Source: Limisphaerales bacterium (lineage in GTDB: Bacteria > Verrucomicrobiota > Verrucomicrobiia > Limisphaerales > SIBE01). Taken from it: a stretch of DNA of 64,000 nt. Made by a program: the position numbers and the translations under genes. Location: assembly GCA_044225505.1 (NCBI GenBank), contig JBGAIN010000005.1:62001-126000 (forward strand), written 5' to 3'. Positions 9,735-19,513 of the stretch are shown here, in pieces (within the stretch, counting starts at the first letter, position 1; each line of letters opens with the position of its first letter). Under the pieces are notes generated by a model. The model ran no database searches, had not been told where the DNA came from, and saw only the letters and a list, made by a program, of their open reading frames with translations.

Positions 9735-11060
9735 ATGGACGAACACCGAGTTGATACGGAGAACAAGACGCGAGTTCGTGGATTTACCGCCTCTCAAGTC
9801 GTAATTGCCGTAACGGTCGTTGCTGCGCTTGGGCTCGTCGCACTGGTTCTTTTCCAGCTCGCGCATCGCGAGCCAACTTTTGAGTCCACGCAAACAGCCG
9901 GGTCTGATTCGAACTCTCTCCCGATACTGGAGGCAACTCCTGCGCCCAAGCCAAACCCTGGAGCAGAGAACGAGCCCAGCGCACCACCGAACCCAGCGTT
10001 TGTCCGAACGCCCCTCGTCCCGGTCCGGTCGGGCGGTTCAAAGGCTCCCTCGCCGCTCCCCGCAGCCTCCGCGCGTTCGCAACAGATCATCCACGATTTG
10101 ACCCAGCTTGAATCTGGAAAATTAACCCCGGAACGGATTGCGTTCATCAAGTCGCAACTCCAACAGCTAAGCAGCGAGGGCTTGGCGTCCATACCCGCGA
10201 TCCGTCAATTCCTGGAACGGAGTGAGGACCTGGCTTTCGACGATGGTGCGGGAGGGAGTGAGGTTGGTTTTCCATCCCTTCGAGCTGCGTTTGTTGATCT
10301 GTTGAAGCAAGTTCCGGGCAGCGAATCGAACGACGCGCTCCTCAGCGTGCTGCGGAGCACAGCGGATCCGGTCGAGCTTGCTTCGATCGCGCACTTCCTG
10401 GACGGACAAGCGCCTGGCCAGTATCAACAGGAGACCGTGAACGCCGCTCGTGAAACATTAAATCAGGCGTTGCGTGGGACTCTCCAGGTGAACGACGCGG
10501 GCCCCTTGTTCAAGCTTCTCCGGGAATATGGCGATTCCAATGTCGCAGCGGATTTGGCCCAAGCGATGCCGCAGTGGCATTATTACGCGATGATGGCGCT
10601 CGCGGGGCTTCCCGAAGGGCAGGGGGTTTCGACGTTGGTCCAACGCACGGTCGAAGCGTCGAAGGCGGGCCGCACAGACCAAGCATTTGCGCTGCAGATG
10701 CTCGCGCAGGTCTCCGCCCAAAATGCCGAAGCGGCGGCCGCGCTCGTTGAACAAGCGCGGGCCAACCAGATTCCCGATCGCGCCTGGACCAAGATTGCTG
10801 AAGGGTTGGCGGGGGATCAATATCGACTCGAAAAACCGGCCACGGACCCAGCCGGCGAAACCCCCTTGGCTGGTCTAAAAACCTATCATATTGAAAGCGG
10901 AAACCAGAACTTCTATAGCTTGCCTTTCCAGATTTACGGAACACCTGAGGAAGCGGCTCAACGACGGGCGGTGTTGGATCAGCTTCTCAGCTCCACGCAG
11001 AACCCGGCAGCTGTGCAGGCCTTGCAGCAAGCTCGCGCAAATCTATTAGCTAGCCCATAA
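9735..11060 (+). CDS. Membrane-anchored alpha-helical (HEAT-like) hypothetical protein
   Basis: TM helix VVIAVTVVAALGLVALVLF, Pro-rich linker, long Ala/Leu-rich helical domain. Confidence 0.75.
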   Translation: MDEHRVDTENKTRVRGFTASQVVIAVTVVAALGLVALVLFQLAHREPTFESTQTAGSDSNSLPILEATPAPKPNPGAENEPSAPPNPAFVRTPLVPVRSGGSKAPSPLPAASARSQQIIHDLTQLESGKLTPERIAFIKSQLQQLSSEGLASIPAIRQFLERSEDLAFDDGAGGSEVGFPSLRAAFVDLLKQVPGSESNDALLSVLRSTADPVELASIAHFLDGQAPGQYQQETVNAARETLNQALRGTLQVNDAGPLFKLLREYGDSNVAADLAQAMPQWHYYAMMALAGLPEGQGVSTLVQRTVEASKAGRTDQAFALQMLAQVSAQNAEAAAALVEQARANQIPDRAWTKIAEGLAGDQYRLEKPATDPAGETPLAGLKTYHIESGNQNFYSLPFQIYGTPEEAAQRRAVLDQLLSSTQNPAAVQALQQARANLLASP

Positions 11061-11125
11061 GAAGAACTCCGTTTTGCCGGGATTTGGCCGTGCCAAAGCA
11101 TCGGGCTGTGCATCGAAACGCGCAG

Positions 11126-11154
11126 TTGACTTGACATACTGATCTAACTAGGCT
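11126..11154 (+). promoter_or_regulatory. Putative sigma70 promoter TTGACT-N17-TAGGCT
   Basis: Near-consensus hexamers with a 17-bp spacer, about 60 bp upstream of the prepilin gene. Confidence 0.45.
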
Positions 11155-11212
11155 GACGCTAAGAAACCCAAACAATCAAGTGCACAGCCAACCCTCCAAT
11201 TAGGTTCGACGT

Positions 11213-12100
11213 ATGCATTCTCCTTCTAGATCAATAAAAGTCCGGACAACTCCGGCACCACGGCGCGGGTTTACCCTTATCGAGCTGTTGGTTGTCATCG
11301 CCATTATCGCCATTTTGGCCGGCATGCTCCTGCCCGCTCTTTCCAAGGCAAAGGATAAAGCCCAGCTCGCGCTGGATTTGAACAACGTGAAGCAGATTCT
11401 CTTGGCCAGTCACATGTACGCGACGGACAATGATGACCGGCTCCCGCACCCGACTTGGGGCGGTGACTTGACCGGTCCTGATGGTTGGGCTTATGCCACC
11501 TCCAACGGTGGACGTATTCCCGGCGGCCCGAATGCCCCGGGCAGCGCCGCTGGCAAAGACGTCAATTCGTTGCAGTTCACCAATCAAGTGAAGTTCTTTA
11601 AGATTGGGCAACTTGGGCCGTTCCTTCAGGATTATCATGTGATGTGGTGTCCGAAAGACGTGGCGACCCGAGGTGGCGGTGAACTGCGCACCCGATGGCT
11701 AGGTCGACCGGTGAAGGTGACGTCCTACTGCTGGAACGGAACCATTGGCAATTATGTCGGCAAGACAGGACTTATTAAGGATGGCACAACCTTCAAAACC
11801 AGCGATTTCCTGGCGAACGACTGGCAGATGTGGGAACAGAACGAGGCTGACCCTTTCTGGTTCAATGACGCAGGCAATAACCCCGAAAGTATCGGTGAAA
11901 CCGTTTCCCTGCGGCACTCAGGCGCCCCGGGTTGGTGGAAACTGCAAATAACCGCCAATAAGCCGCTTCCTGGCGGCGCGGTGGTTGGCGCATTCGGCGG
12001 TCATGCCCAGTTGATCAAATGGGTTAAGTGCAACGAGCTCGTGACCAAGAAATTGCCTGCACCGAACGACATTCTGAACGGGCCTGGATACCGCCGCTAA
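11213..12100 (+). CDS. Prepilin-type N-terminal cleavage/methylation domain protein (PVC-type)
   Basis: [48 protein letters not shown]-terminal RH...FGGH. Confidence 0.92.
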   Translation: MHSPSRSIKVRTTPAPRRGFTLIELLVVIAIIAILAGMLLPALSKAKDKAQLALDLNNVKQILLASHMYATDNDDRLPHPTWGGDLTGPDGWAYATSNGGRIPGGPNAPGSAAGKDVNSLQFTNQVKFFKIGQLGPFLQDYHVMWCPKDVATRGGGELRTRWLGRPVKVTSYCWNGTIGNYVGKTGLIKDGTTFKTSDFLANDWQMWEQNEADPFWFNDAGNNPESIGETVSLRHSGAPGWWKLQITANKPLPGGAVVGAFGGHAQLIKWVKCNELVTKKLPAPNDILNGPGYRR

Positions 12101-12107
12101 CTATTCT

Positions 12108-12458
12108 GTGGAAAAAGTTACTTCCATTCTGATCCTGGTAGCCGCGCTCTTAGGCTTTAACGCTGGGCTCGGCTGCAGTGGAAAGGGTCCCGCTCCCGCG
12201 GGCGCGAACGAAATTGCCACGCTAGCTCAAAAGCTTCCCGAGGGTCCAACTGTTCTAGACGCTTTAAACAAGAAGGACTACGAAACAGCCGTTTCGACCC
12301 TGGCGAAAATGCAGCAAGCTATCCCGGAATCCGAACAGCTCGGCGATTTCGCCCAGCTCAAAATGCACGTCAAGAACGTCCTCATAGACGCATCAGCCGC
12401 CGATCCGAAAGCGGCAGAAGCCCTCAGCAGTTTACGTTTTCTTACTCAGGGTCGTTAA
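12108..12458 (+). CDS. Small putative lipoprotein partner of the prepilin-domain protein
   Basis: Hydrophobic leader ending GLG|C, helical body; starts 7 bp after the pilin gene. Confidence 0.7.
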   Translation: MEKVTSILILVAALLGFNAGLGCSGKGPAPAGANEIATLAQKLPEGPTVLDALNKKDYETAVSTLAKMQQAIPESEQLGDFAQLKMHVKNVLIDASAADPKAAEALSSLRFLTQGR

Positions 12459-12474
12459 CTCATTCCCAAACCCG

Positions 12475-12505
12475 AAAAGACGCTCCCCCACGGAGCGTCT
12501 TTTTT
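12475..12505. terminator. Bidirectional intrinsic terminator
   Basis: AAAAGACGCTCC-cccac-GGAGCGTCTTTTTT between convergent genes. Confidence 0.85.
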
Positions 12506-14393
12506 ATTCTCGAAGCCGCACCGCTCGTGAATTCTGCAGTTCCAAAAGCTTGCTCAGGTTCGTCCAACTCCCGCGAGCCTGGACCAAAGTGGACGGAATC
12601 GCTCTGAACTGCGTGGGGTCCGCGATTTCCTTCTCCCAGAGCGCGACGACTTCTTTCCCCAAGAGGGGTCGAGTCCTCGGCTCGGTTGCAAAGTCGTAAG
12701 TGGTGGGGACAAGCTTGGACAGCTGCCGCAAAGACCGTTCTGCCATGCACCGCACCGCGGCATAGGAGTCATCCAGCAAGGGCGCCAGCACCGGCACCAT
12801 CCAAGCCTCTCCGGAGGCTTGGCGCGCCTCGGACCAGCCAAAGTGCCAGGAGATCAACGCCCGTAGTCCAGCATCGCCCCCCAAGATCAGGCGGACCGCA
12901 TCTGAGACCTCGATGTGGTCCGCATTCAAGGCAGGCTGGCCATGCCCGAACCACTGCGTCAAATGCTCTGCGGTCCATCCCAAAGACTTGTCCAAATGAC
13001 ACAAATTGCAGGCGTTCGGGCGCCCTGTGGCGAGCTCATCAGCCACCCGAGGTGAACTGATCTGATGGCTACGGATAGCCTTTAAGACCCCATAGGTGGT
13101 CCGCGGCATATGGCAGTTGTAGCACTCGCTTCCCGCGGACCCGCTCGCGTGGTGGGTATGCGCCGCTAGCACTGTCGCGTCGGCCATTTTCGAGTGGCAC
13201 TGCGTGCAGGCCAGATTCCCAGCTCGGTTTGAGGCCAGTTGACCGGACGGATTCTCCCCATGCAATGCGTGGCAAGAAAGGCAGCTGAACTTCCCACCCG
13301 CATAACAAGGCGACTCGATCAATCCGTTATAGTCCCGACCACTCACCCGGATCATCCCGTCCGGCCAGAAGAAATCCTCTAACAGTTCCGGATGTTGCCG
13401 TAGGTAAGCGGCCAACTCAGGAATCTCCTCAAGACGCGACGGTCGAATGATCGGCGTCGTCGCTTCCAAATCGTCTCCCGGCCGAAATCGGAACCCTTGC
13501 TGGCGCCAATTCTCCGCGCGATCGAACCATTTCATGGAATGACAAAAGCCGCAAATCTGAGCGGCCCGCTTGGGATCAATCTTCCGAGGGTGAACGATCT
13601 CTTCCCGTAGCGTTTCAGTGCTCACTTTGGTTTCCTGGCGATGGGCCAGACGAGCCTCCCGGTGCTTCTCGCCCGGTCCATGGCAGGCCTCACAGGAAAT
13701 GCCCAACTCGCCCACACGCGTCTCGGCGATGTGTCGGGCCGCGTCGATGCGCGGCTCCAATCCAGTCGTATGGCAGCGGCTGCACGTAAAGTTCCAGATC
13801 TCGGGCCGGTGCACTGAATCGGGGGGACGAATGAACGTCGATTTTCTCGGCACCCAGCGCTCCTCTGGAATTAGCCAAGTGAAAGGAAAACCGATTTGAG
13901 CGTTGCCATCTCCGGAAGGAACCCAGAACACCTGCATGTGATGAGATCCGGTGACGAGTCCAATGCGAGAGTCCAACGCGGCGATGCCTACTTCGCCGTC
14001 TGGACGTTCCACCGGCTTTTCCATTCGCACCCAGAACTCGTTGTTCGTCTGTGTGAGAACGAACCGAGTGTTCTCGTTCGTCAGGAACACATTGCGGAAG
14101 TTTGCGCGCACGCCCGCCGCCGACGGGAATTGCGTCATGGTACGGTGATAGCTCCGATGCCAGCTAGAGAACTCCTCCTCGTGACACTCTCGACAGGCTT
14201 GCGACCCGACATAGCCTGGCGGACCTCCGACGTGCGGCACCAACTGCTCATGCGGCACGGAGGCGGTCGCATCGGCCACGGGTGCGATCGGAGAGAGCGG
14301 GGTAGGGGACTCCGGTTTGGAACAGCCGCTCAAGAAGATCAAGACCAGAGCCGAAGCGATCCAAGACTCCACCGGGTAACAACATTTGGTCAT
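12504..14393 (-). CDS. Multiheme (8 CxxCH) cytochrome c lipoprotein, c554/c552-like, with helical C-terminus
   Basis: CRECH, CSRCH, CEACH, CGFCH, CLSCH, CTQCH, CYNCH, CNLCH; lipobox LSG|C. Confidence 0.92.
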   Translation of the reverse strand: MTKCCYPVESWIASALVLIFLSGCSKPESPTPLSPIAPVADATASVPHEQLVPHVGGPPGYVGSQACRECHEEEFSSWHRSYHRTMTQFPSAAGVRANFRNVFLTNENTRFVLTQTNNEFWVRMEKPVERPDGEVGIAALDSRIGLVTGSHHMQVFWVPSGDGNAQIGFPFTWLIPEERWVPRKSTFIRPPDSVHRPEIWNFTCSRCHTTGLEPRIDAARHIAETRVGELGISCEACHGPGEKHREARLAHRQETKVSTETLREEIVHPRKIDPKRAAQICGFCHSMKWFDRAENWRQQGFRFRPGDDLEATTPIIRPSRLEEIPELAAYLRQHPELLEDFFWPDGMIRVSGRDYNGLIESPCYAGGKFSCLSCHALHGENPSGQLASNRAGNLACTQCHSKMADATVLAAHTHHASGSAGSECYNCHMPRTTYGVLKAIRSHQISSPRVADELATGRPNACNLCHLDKSLGWTAEHLTQWFGHGQPALNADHIEVSDAVRLILGGDAGLRALISWHFGWSEARQASGEAWMVPVLAPLLDDSYAAVRCMAERSLRQLSKLVPTTYDFATEPRTRPLLGKEVVALWEKEIADPTQFRAIPSTLVQARGSWTNLSKLLELQNSRAVRLRE

Positions 14394-14658
14394 CGTTCGT
14401 TCCTCTTAGGAACTTCCCTTACCGAACCGGCCACGAAAACACCAGGCTTCCAGCGCATCCTGTCCGTTCGTTTCGCTCAAGCAGCAGAAAACCAACGTCG
14501 GAAGCAGAGCCACGGCTGGCAAAAGCCATTAAATTCAGGATTGGTCCCCCGAGGAGTAGCGCGTCAAAACACGCGTGTCAAACGCAAGAACGATCTCACG
14601 CCGAAAACCGGGGTTAAACGTCTCTCCGCATGCGAAACCCGGATCGCATCAGTCTGAC

Positions 14659-16995
14659 TCAAGGTTCGCCTTCGGGCGGCGCGACGGCATGGACGCGATC
14701 GACGGCCGGATGTTCCAACACCGTCTTCCGGCCGTTGGCCCAATGCACCTCCACCCTAGTCACGTCTGCGCCTGTTCCCAGTCCAAAGTGCAGCGCTGGC
14801 GATGATTGCGCCCGATACGAATCTCCGGAAACAACATGGCGAGTGACCGTCCGGGCTCCATAGGTCACGCGCACCCGGGCGCCTACCGGCGTTTTCCCAT
14901 GGCCAGATTCCCGCAGCCGGATGCCAATCCAATGGTTCTCAGAGGCCAAACGATTGAGAAAAACACGCAGCGATTGTTTAACCTGAGGCCACACTTCAAA
15001 CGTCGTGACGATCAAATCAAGCCGCCCGTCACGATCCACGTCCGCGGCCACGACATTGCGCGAGTCCTCCGGAACCGCCACGCCCATCAGATGGCCAATC
15101 TCGAGAAACGCCTTCCCATCTTGGTTCCAAAACAGCCGGTTCTTCTCATAGCCGCCGTAGGAAATTCCCTGGCCGCGCGTGCGCGCTGATTTTGCCTGGA
15201 AATAAGCGAACGCAGGCAGGTTGTCTCGAGAATTGCCAACATAAATGTCGTGCAGCCAGAACTCGGTCTCATAGTCCTGAACGGACTTCTTTGTCTCGTG
15301 CCCATTGGCGACATAGAGGTCCGGATATCCGTCATTGTCAAAATCCAGCGCACTGCAGCCCCAAGACCAGCCGCTTCTGGCGATTCCAGCACCATATTCG
15401 CTTTCCACGAACGTGCCGTTCGTTTGTCCGAGGAGCAGGCGATTCCCAGCGGCCATCCGGCCGGCCATCGACAAGTAATCTTCGAATCCCGGCCGAGCTC
15501 GCCCATAGCGCTGGAGCCTTTCCGCGACAGGCACCGTCATCCCAATCATGGCAATATCCTCAAGCCCGTCTTGATTAAAGTCCGCACACACTTGCGACAT
15601 GCCAAACGCATGCCATTCCGGGATCAAATCGCGCGTGCGATCTTGAAAGCGCCCACGCCCATCGTTGAGGTAAAGGTCAGCCCCAGCGAAATCGCTGACG
15701 ACGAGCAGATCCAAGTGCCCGTCCTCGTTCAAATCAATGAAGGAGGCGCTATACGTGCGGCGCCAGCGTTTCTGGGCCAGTCCAGCGGAGGTGGTCACGT
15801 CGGAAAAGCGCCCATGCCCATCGTTGAGCAGCAAGTAGGAAGGGTATCCGTCGTTGGCATCGTAGTAGGGCGCGGGCATTTGGCCCCGATCATAGGGCAC
15901 TTTATACTGCCCCAACCAAACGTCGAGATCGCCATCCCCGTCAATATCGCCGCAAGTCAGGGCCTGCGCATATCTCAGACGCTGAGACGCTGGCCACACC
16001 AGTTGCCCTGGTTCCTCAAACAATCCCTGGCCATTCCCCTTGAACAAATACAGTCCCTCAAACTTCGCGCAGAGAAAATCAACCGCTCCGTCACCGTCAA
16101 AGTCGCCAAAGATCGCGGTAAAAACTAGTCCGGGTGGATAGCGGCAGAGGGGCCGAGTGCTGAAGCTTCCGCTCCCGTTCCACGCATACACGGCATTCTT
16201 GGCTGCCAAAACAATCTCATCCGCCCCATCGCCGTCCAAGTCGTAGACCAGAACCGGATCAATAAAATAGGAACCCTCCGCAGGTTGGACCGTTTCCGTT
16301 AGCACCGGATGGAATCCCGGCTCACCCGGACGAAGACGAAGACTGAATCCTTGCGGCTCAACCCGGTGAACGTGCGTGGTGGAGCCTCCCCAAGCGACGA
16401 TCAGTTCCCCTTCCACAATCGCACGAACCGACTCCGGCTCGCAAACCAGGTGCGCCGACACATAGTATCGGCTCGTCTTGGGACGATGCTTTTCATCCGT
16501 GCGGAACTCGAGATGCCGAAACTCCGATTGCACCAGCTGCCATCCTTTCCGCTGAGCAGTCTCGATAAACTCTCGCCATGTGGGGTTGGTCCAATTCGTC
16601 CCTGTCCCAGTCTGTTGAAACCGCTGGATTTGATGCCGAAAGGACGTTGCCTTCCCGAGAACCGGGATGGCGATGGTCTCCACTTGAAAGCCGGCCAGAA
16701 TCGCCAGCGCGTTGGTCGATGCGTTCAAGTCATTCCAAAGCTGCTCCCATACTTTGCCGCACTCCTGCGCGAGCTGTTCGTCCCTCCAGATGGTCGCGTC
16801 CATCTTGCTCTCCGTGCTTTCAATCGCGGACACTTCGCGGGCCAGCGCCATCGTCTTGGCATCGAGACTGGACGATTGGCGATCCGCGATACGTCGGACC
16901 TTTTGTGAGATAAACCAAGCGGCGCTACCGACGACGAGAATCGCCACGAGCGCCTTCGTAAAAAAGCTCTTTCGCATCGATTGGCTTCCGGCCAA
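14659..16995 (-). CDS. CRTAC1-family FG-GAP + ASPIC/UnbV protein with N-terminal anchor
   Basis: DxDGDG blades, GWSWG...DFDNDGYPDLYVANG, C-terminal VGARVRV...GDSYRAQS...HFGLG...EVHWANG. Confidence 0.92.
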   Translation of the reverse strand: MAGSQSMRKSFFTKALVAILVVGSAAWFISQKVRRIADRQSSSLDAKTMALAREVSAIESTESKMDATIWRDEQLAQECGKVWEQLWNDLNASTNALAILAGFQVETIAIPVLGKATSFRHQIQRFQQTGTGTNWTNPTWREFIETAQRKGWQLVQSEFRHLEFRTDEKHRPKTSRYYVSAHLVCEPESVRAIVEGELIVAWGGSTTHVHRVEPQGFSLRLRPGEPGFHPVLTETVQPAEGSYFIDPVLVYDLDGDGADEIVLAAKNAVYAWNGSGSFSTRPLCRYPPGLVFTAIFGDFDGDGAVDFLCAKFEGLYLFKGNGQGLFEEPGQLVWPASQRLRYAQALTCGDIDGDGDLDVWLGQYKVPYDRGQMPAPYYDANDGYPSYLLLNDGHGRFSDVTTSAGLAQKRWRRTYSASFIDLNEDGHLDLLVVSDFAGADLYLNDGRGRFQDRTRDLIPEWHAFGMSQVCADFNQDGLEDIAMIGMTVPVAERLQRYGRARPGFEDYLSMAGRMAAGNRLLLGQTNGTFVESEYGAGIARSGWSWGCSALDFDNDGYPDLYVANGHETKKSVQDYETEFWLHDIYVGNSRDNLPAFAYFQAKSARTRGQGISYGGYEKNRLFWNQDGKAFLEIGHLMGVAVPEDSRNVVAADVDRDGRLDLIVTTFEVWPQVKQSLRVFLNRLASENHWIGIRLRESGHGKTPVGARVRVTYGARTVTRHVVSGDSYRAQSSPALHFGLGTGADVTRVEVHWANGRKTVLEHPAVDRVHAVAPPEGEP

Positions 16996-17244
16996 CGCAG
17001 GGCCGACTGGTTGGGATGCCTTCAGCTAGGCAGCCACCTAGGCTCCGTCAAGTCCATTCCTCAATAATTGGTCGTCGCGAGTCGTGGCTGCCGTCGTCAA
17101 CACGTGCCTGCTGCGAGCCCAGCTCTCCGCACCTGCGTACATTCCCACGTGGCCTCAGCCAGAAGACATCCGCCGCTCGGAGATCGGCGTTTCGGTGTCT
17201 CATTTCGGTTGCGTGACGGGACTTGCATCTGTTTCTCTCGAAGT

Positions 17245-19461
17245 ATGGTTAAGCGATTTGCCGGATGCACGCTGTTGTTGCTGCTTTCGATTTCCCTGCG
17301 CGCGGCGCTTCGAGACGAGCCATTCCTTCAAGATGTGGCCGTCCAGATCGCACGCTCACCGGAGCTCACCGGAGCGACATTCAGCAAGGTCCGTGTTGAT
17401 AAGGACGGTGTGGTTTACGTCCTCACGGACCAAGGGGTGGCGCGGGTCTTTGAAAACCGCTTAGCGCTCGACCGATCGTTCCGCCCTCTTGCTGGAAAAC
17501 GGGCGCGCGACATCACACTCGGATCTGACGGAGAGCTCTATTACCTGTTTGATGATTCTTGGCTCTCGAACGGGCAGTCCGGCGTGCCGCTGGGCCATGT
17601 GCCAACCAACACATTCGAATCGTTCGCGGTCAATAACGCGGGGGATGTCCTGCTGAGCGGATCCACCACGGCGCACTTGGAGCGTAGCGAGAAAACCGGG
17701 GTCTCGCCCCAGATCCACTTCAAGCTTGGCCGCGTCTTCAGTTTCGGGGAGGCCTTTTACGCATTGGAGAGCGGGACGGTCCGACGCATAGACCCAGACG
17801 GCCGCGTGACCACCCTGTTTCAAGGCGGCGCCACGGCACTCGCGCGCCGCGGCGACGAATTAATCGTGGGCACCAAGGAGGGCTATTGCCGAGTGGACGC
17901 TCGCACCGGCGCCGAGATTGCCCCGCGCGAAACCAAACTGCCTGTCTGGGAAATTACGGGAATTGTCGCCGCAAGCAACGGCGTTTGGTATGGCACAACG
18001 CGCGGCGTCTTCTTCCATCGCGCACCGACCGACTCGGCATTGTCGACCCCCTCTCGCCCTCACCGCTTGGAACTGCCCGATGGCCCTCGGGGCATTCGCT
18101 ACTACGCGTCGCGCCGATGGCTTGACCAGGACCACGTTCTCGACCTGGCATTAGATCCTGAGGGACACCTCTGGGTACTGACGACGGCCGGCCTGAATAA
18201 AATCGAATTCCGACCGATGACTCTGGAAGCAAAAGCGGATTATTTCGATCGCAAGGTCCGCTCGCGTCATATCCGTTTTGGTCTCACTGGCGAAAGGCGA
18301 CTACCCCACGCGGGCGACGTGAGTTCGAGTGAAATTATTGATACCGATAACGACGGAGGGTGGAGTTCCTATTACCTAGGAAGCCAGGCGCTCCGCTATG
18401 CCGTGACGCGAAATCCCCAAGCCCGAAGCAACGCCTGGGAAGTGTTTGCTGCTCTCGAGAGACTTCAGAAAATCCATCCGCTGCTCGGGTTCCCCGCCCG
18501 CACGATTGAGCGGGCCGGCTTCAAATTCTCTGATACAGACCGTTGGCGCCAGGTTCCAGGAGGCGATTGGGAATGGAAAGGACACACCAGTAGCGATGAA
18601 ATCGCGTCGCAAACCTTTGCGCACGCCGCCATGTGGGAATGCGTTGCAGAATCCGAGCCGGAGCGTGCGCGCATTCGACGGAACTATATCGCGATCGTGG
18701 ACCACATCATCGCGCATGGCTGGTACCTGGTCGATGTGGATGGCCACCCCACACTCTGGGGGCGATGGAGTCCTGAGTACGTCAACCGTTACCCGGTCAC
18801 GATCTTCGATCGCCGCCTCAACAGCTCCGAGATCATTGCCAGCCTGCAACTGGCGCACCGCATGACCGGAGAGCCCCGTTACCGCGCCAAAGCCGACGAA
18901 TTGTTCTCTGGCGCCGGATACCTGACGAACATCCTGAGCAGCATGAAGCTCATCGGCAACACGCCAGGTTACGTGCACCAGGGGAACGAGATGGGAGACG
19001 AATGGAACCATTCGGACGATGAACTCGCGTTCTTCACTTACTGGGTCTTGCACCGGTTCGCTTTCGACGAAACATTGCGTGCTCAATATGGCACTGCCAT
19101 CCAGGAGCATTGGGACATTGAACGTGCCGAACGCTCTCCAATCTGGAACTTCATCTACGCTGGGTGCGGCGGAAGCACCCAGTGCGATGCGGACGGAGCC
19201 CTCTGGACGCTTCGGGGGTTTCCACTCGATACGATCACTTGGCGTATCGAAAACTCCCATCGAAAGGACCTCACAATATTGCCGCCGAACTTCATGAAGC
19301 GGGAAATGGCCGAACGCCTTCCGCCTGGCGAACATCAAATCACCCGCTGCAACACCCAACCGTTCATTCTGGATGGCGGCGACGGTGGGCATATTGAATT
19401 TCCAGGAGATGAGTTCCTCCTTGGTTACTGGCTTGGCCGCTTCCTCCATCGGATCGAGTAA
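17245..19461 (+). CDS. Exported hypothetical protein: beta-propeller-like N-terminus + predicted helical-barrel domain
   Basis: Signal peptide MVKRFAGCTLLLLLSISLRA, propeller-like repeats (VWYGTTRG, LWVLTTAG), conserved-looking DNDGGW, WKGHTSSDE, HSDDEL, LLGYW motifs. Confidence 0.8.
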   Translation: MVKRFAGCTLLLLLSISLRAALRDEPFLQDVAVQIARSPELTGATFSKVRVDKDGVVYVLTDQGVARVFENRLALDRSFRPLAGKRARDITLGSDGELYYLFDDSWLSNGQSGVPLGHVPTNTFESFAVNNAGDVLLSGSTTAHLERSEKTGVSPQIHFKLGRVFSFGEAFYALESGTVRRIDPDGRVTTLFQGGATALARRGDELIVGTKEGYCRVDARTGAEIAPRETKLPVWEITGIVAASNGVWYGTTRGVFFHRAPTDSALSTPSRPHRLELPDGPRGIRYYASRRWLDQDHVLDLALDPEGHLWVLTTAGLNKIEFRPMTLEAKADYFDRKVRSRHIRFGLTGERRLPHAGDVSSSEIIDTDNDGGWSSYYLGSQALRYAVTRNPQARSNAWEVFAALERLQKIHPLLGFPARTIERAGFKFSDTDRWRQVPGGDWEWKGHTSSDEIASQTFAHAAMWECVAESEPERARIRRNYIAIVDHIIAHGWYLVDVDGHPTLWGRWSPEYVNRYPVTIFDRRLNSSEIIASLQLAHRMTGEPRYRAKADELFSGAGYLTNILSSMKLIGNTPGYVHQGNEMGDEWNHSDDELAFFTYWVLHRFAFDETLRAQYGTAIQEHWDIERAERSPIWNFIYAGCGGSTQCDADGALWTLRGFPLDTITWRIENSHRKDLTILPPNFMKREMAERLPPGEHQITRCNTQPFILDGGDGGHIEFPGDEFLLGYWLGRFLHRIE

Positions 19462-19513
19462 GAGCGCGGTCTGGCCTTGCCTCCGTCGAAGGATTTGCCA
19501 ACATCGTTCCGTT

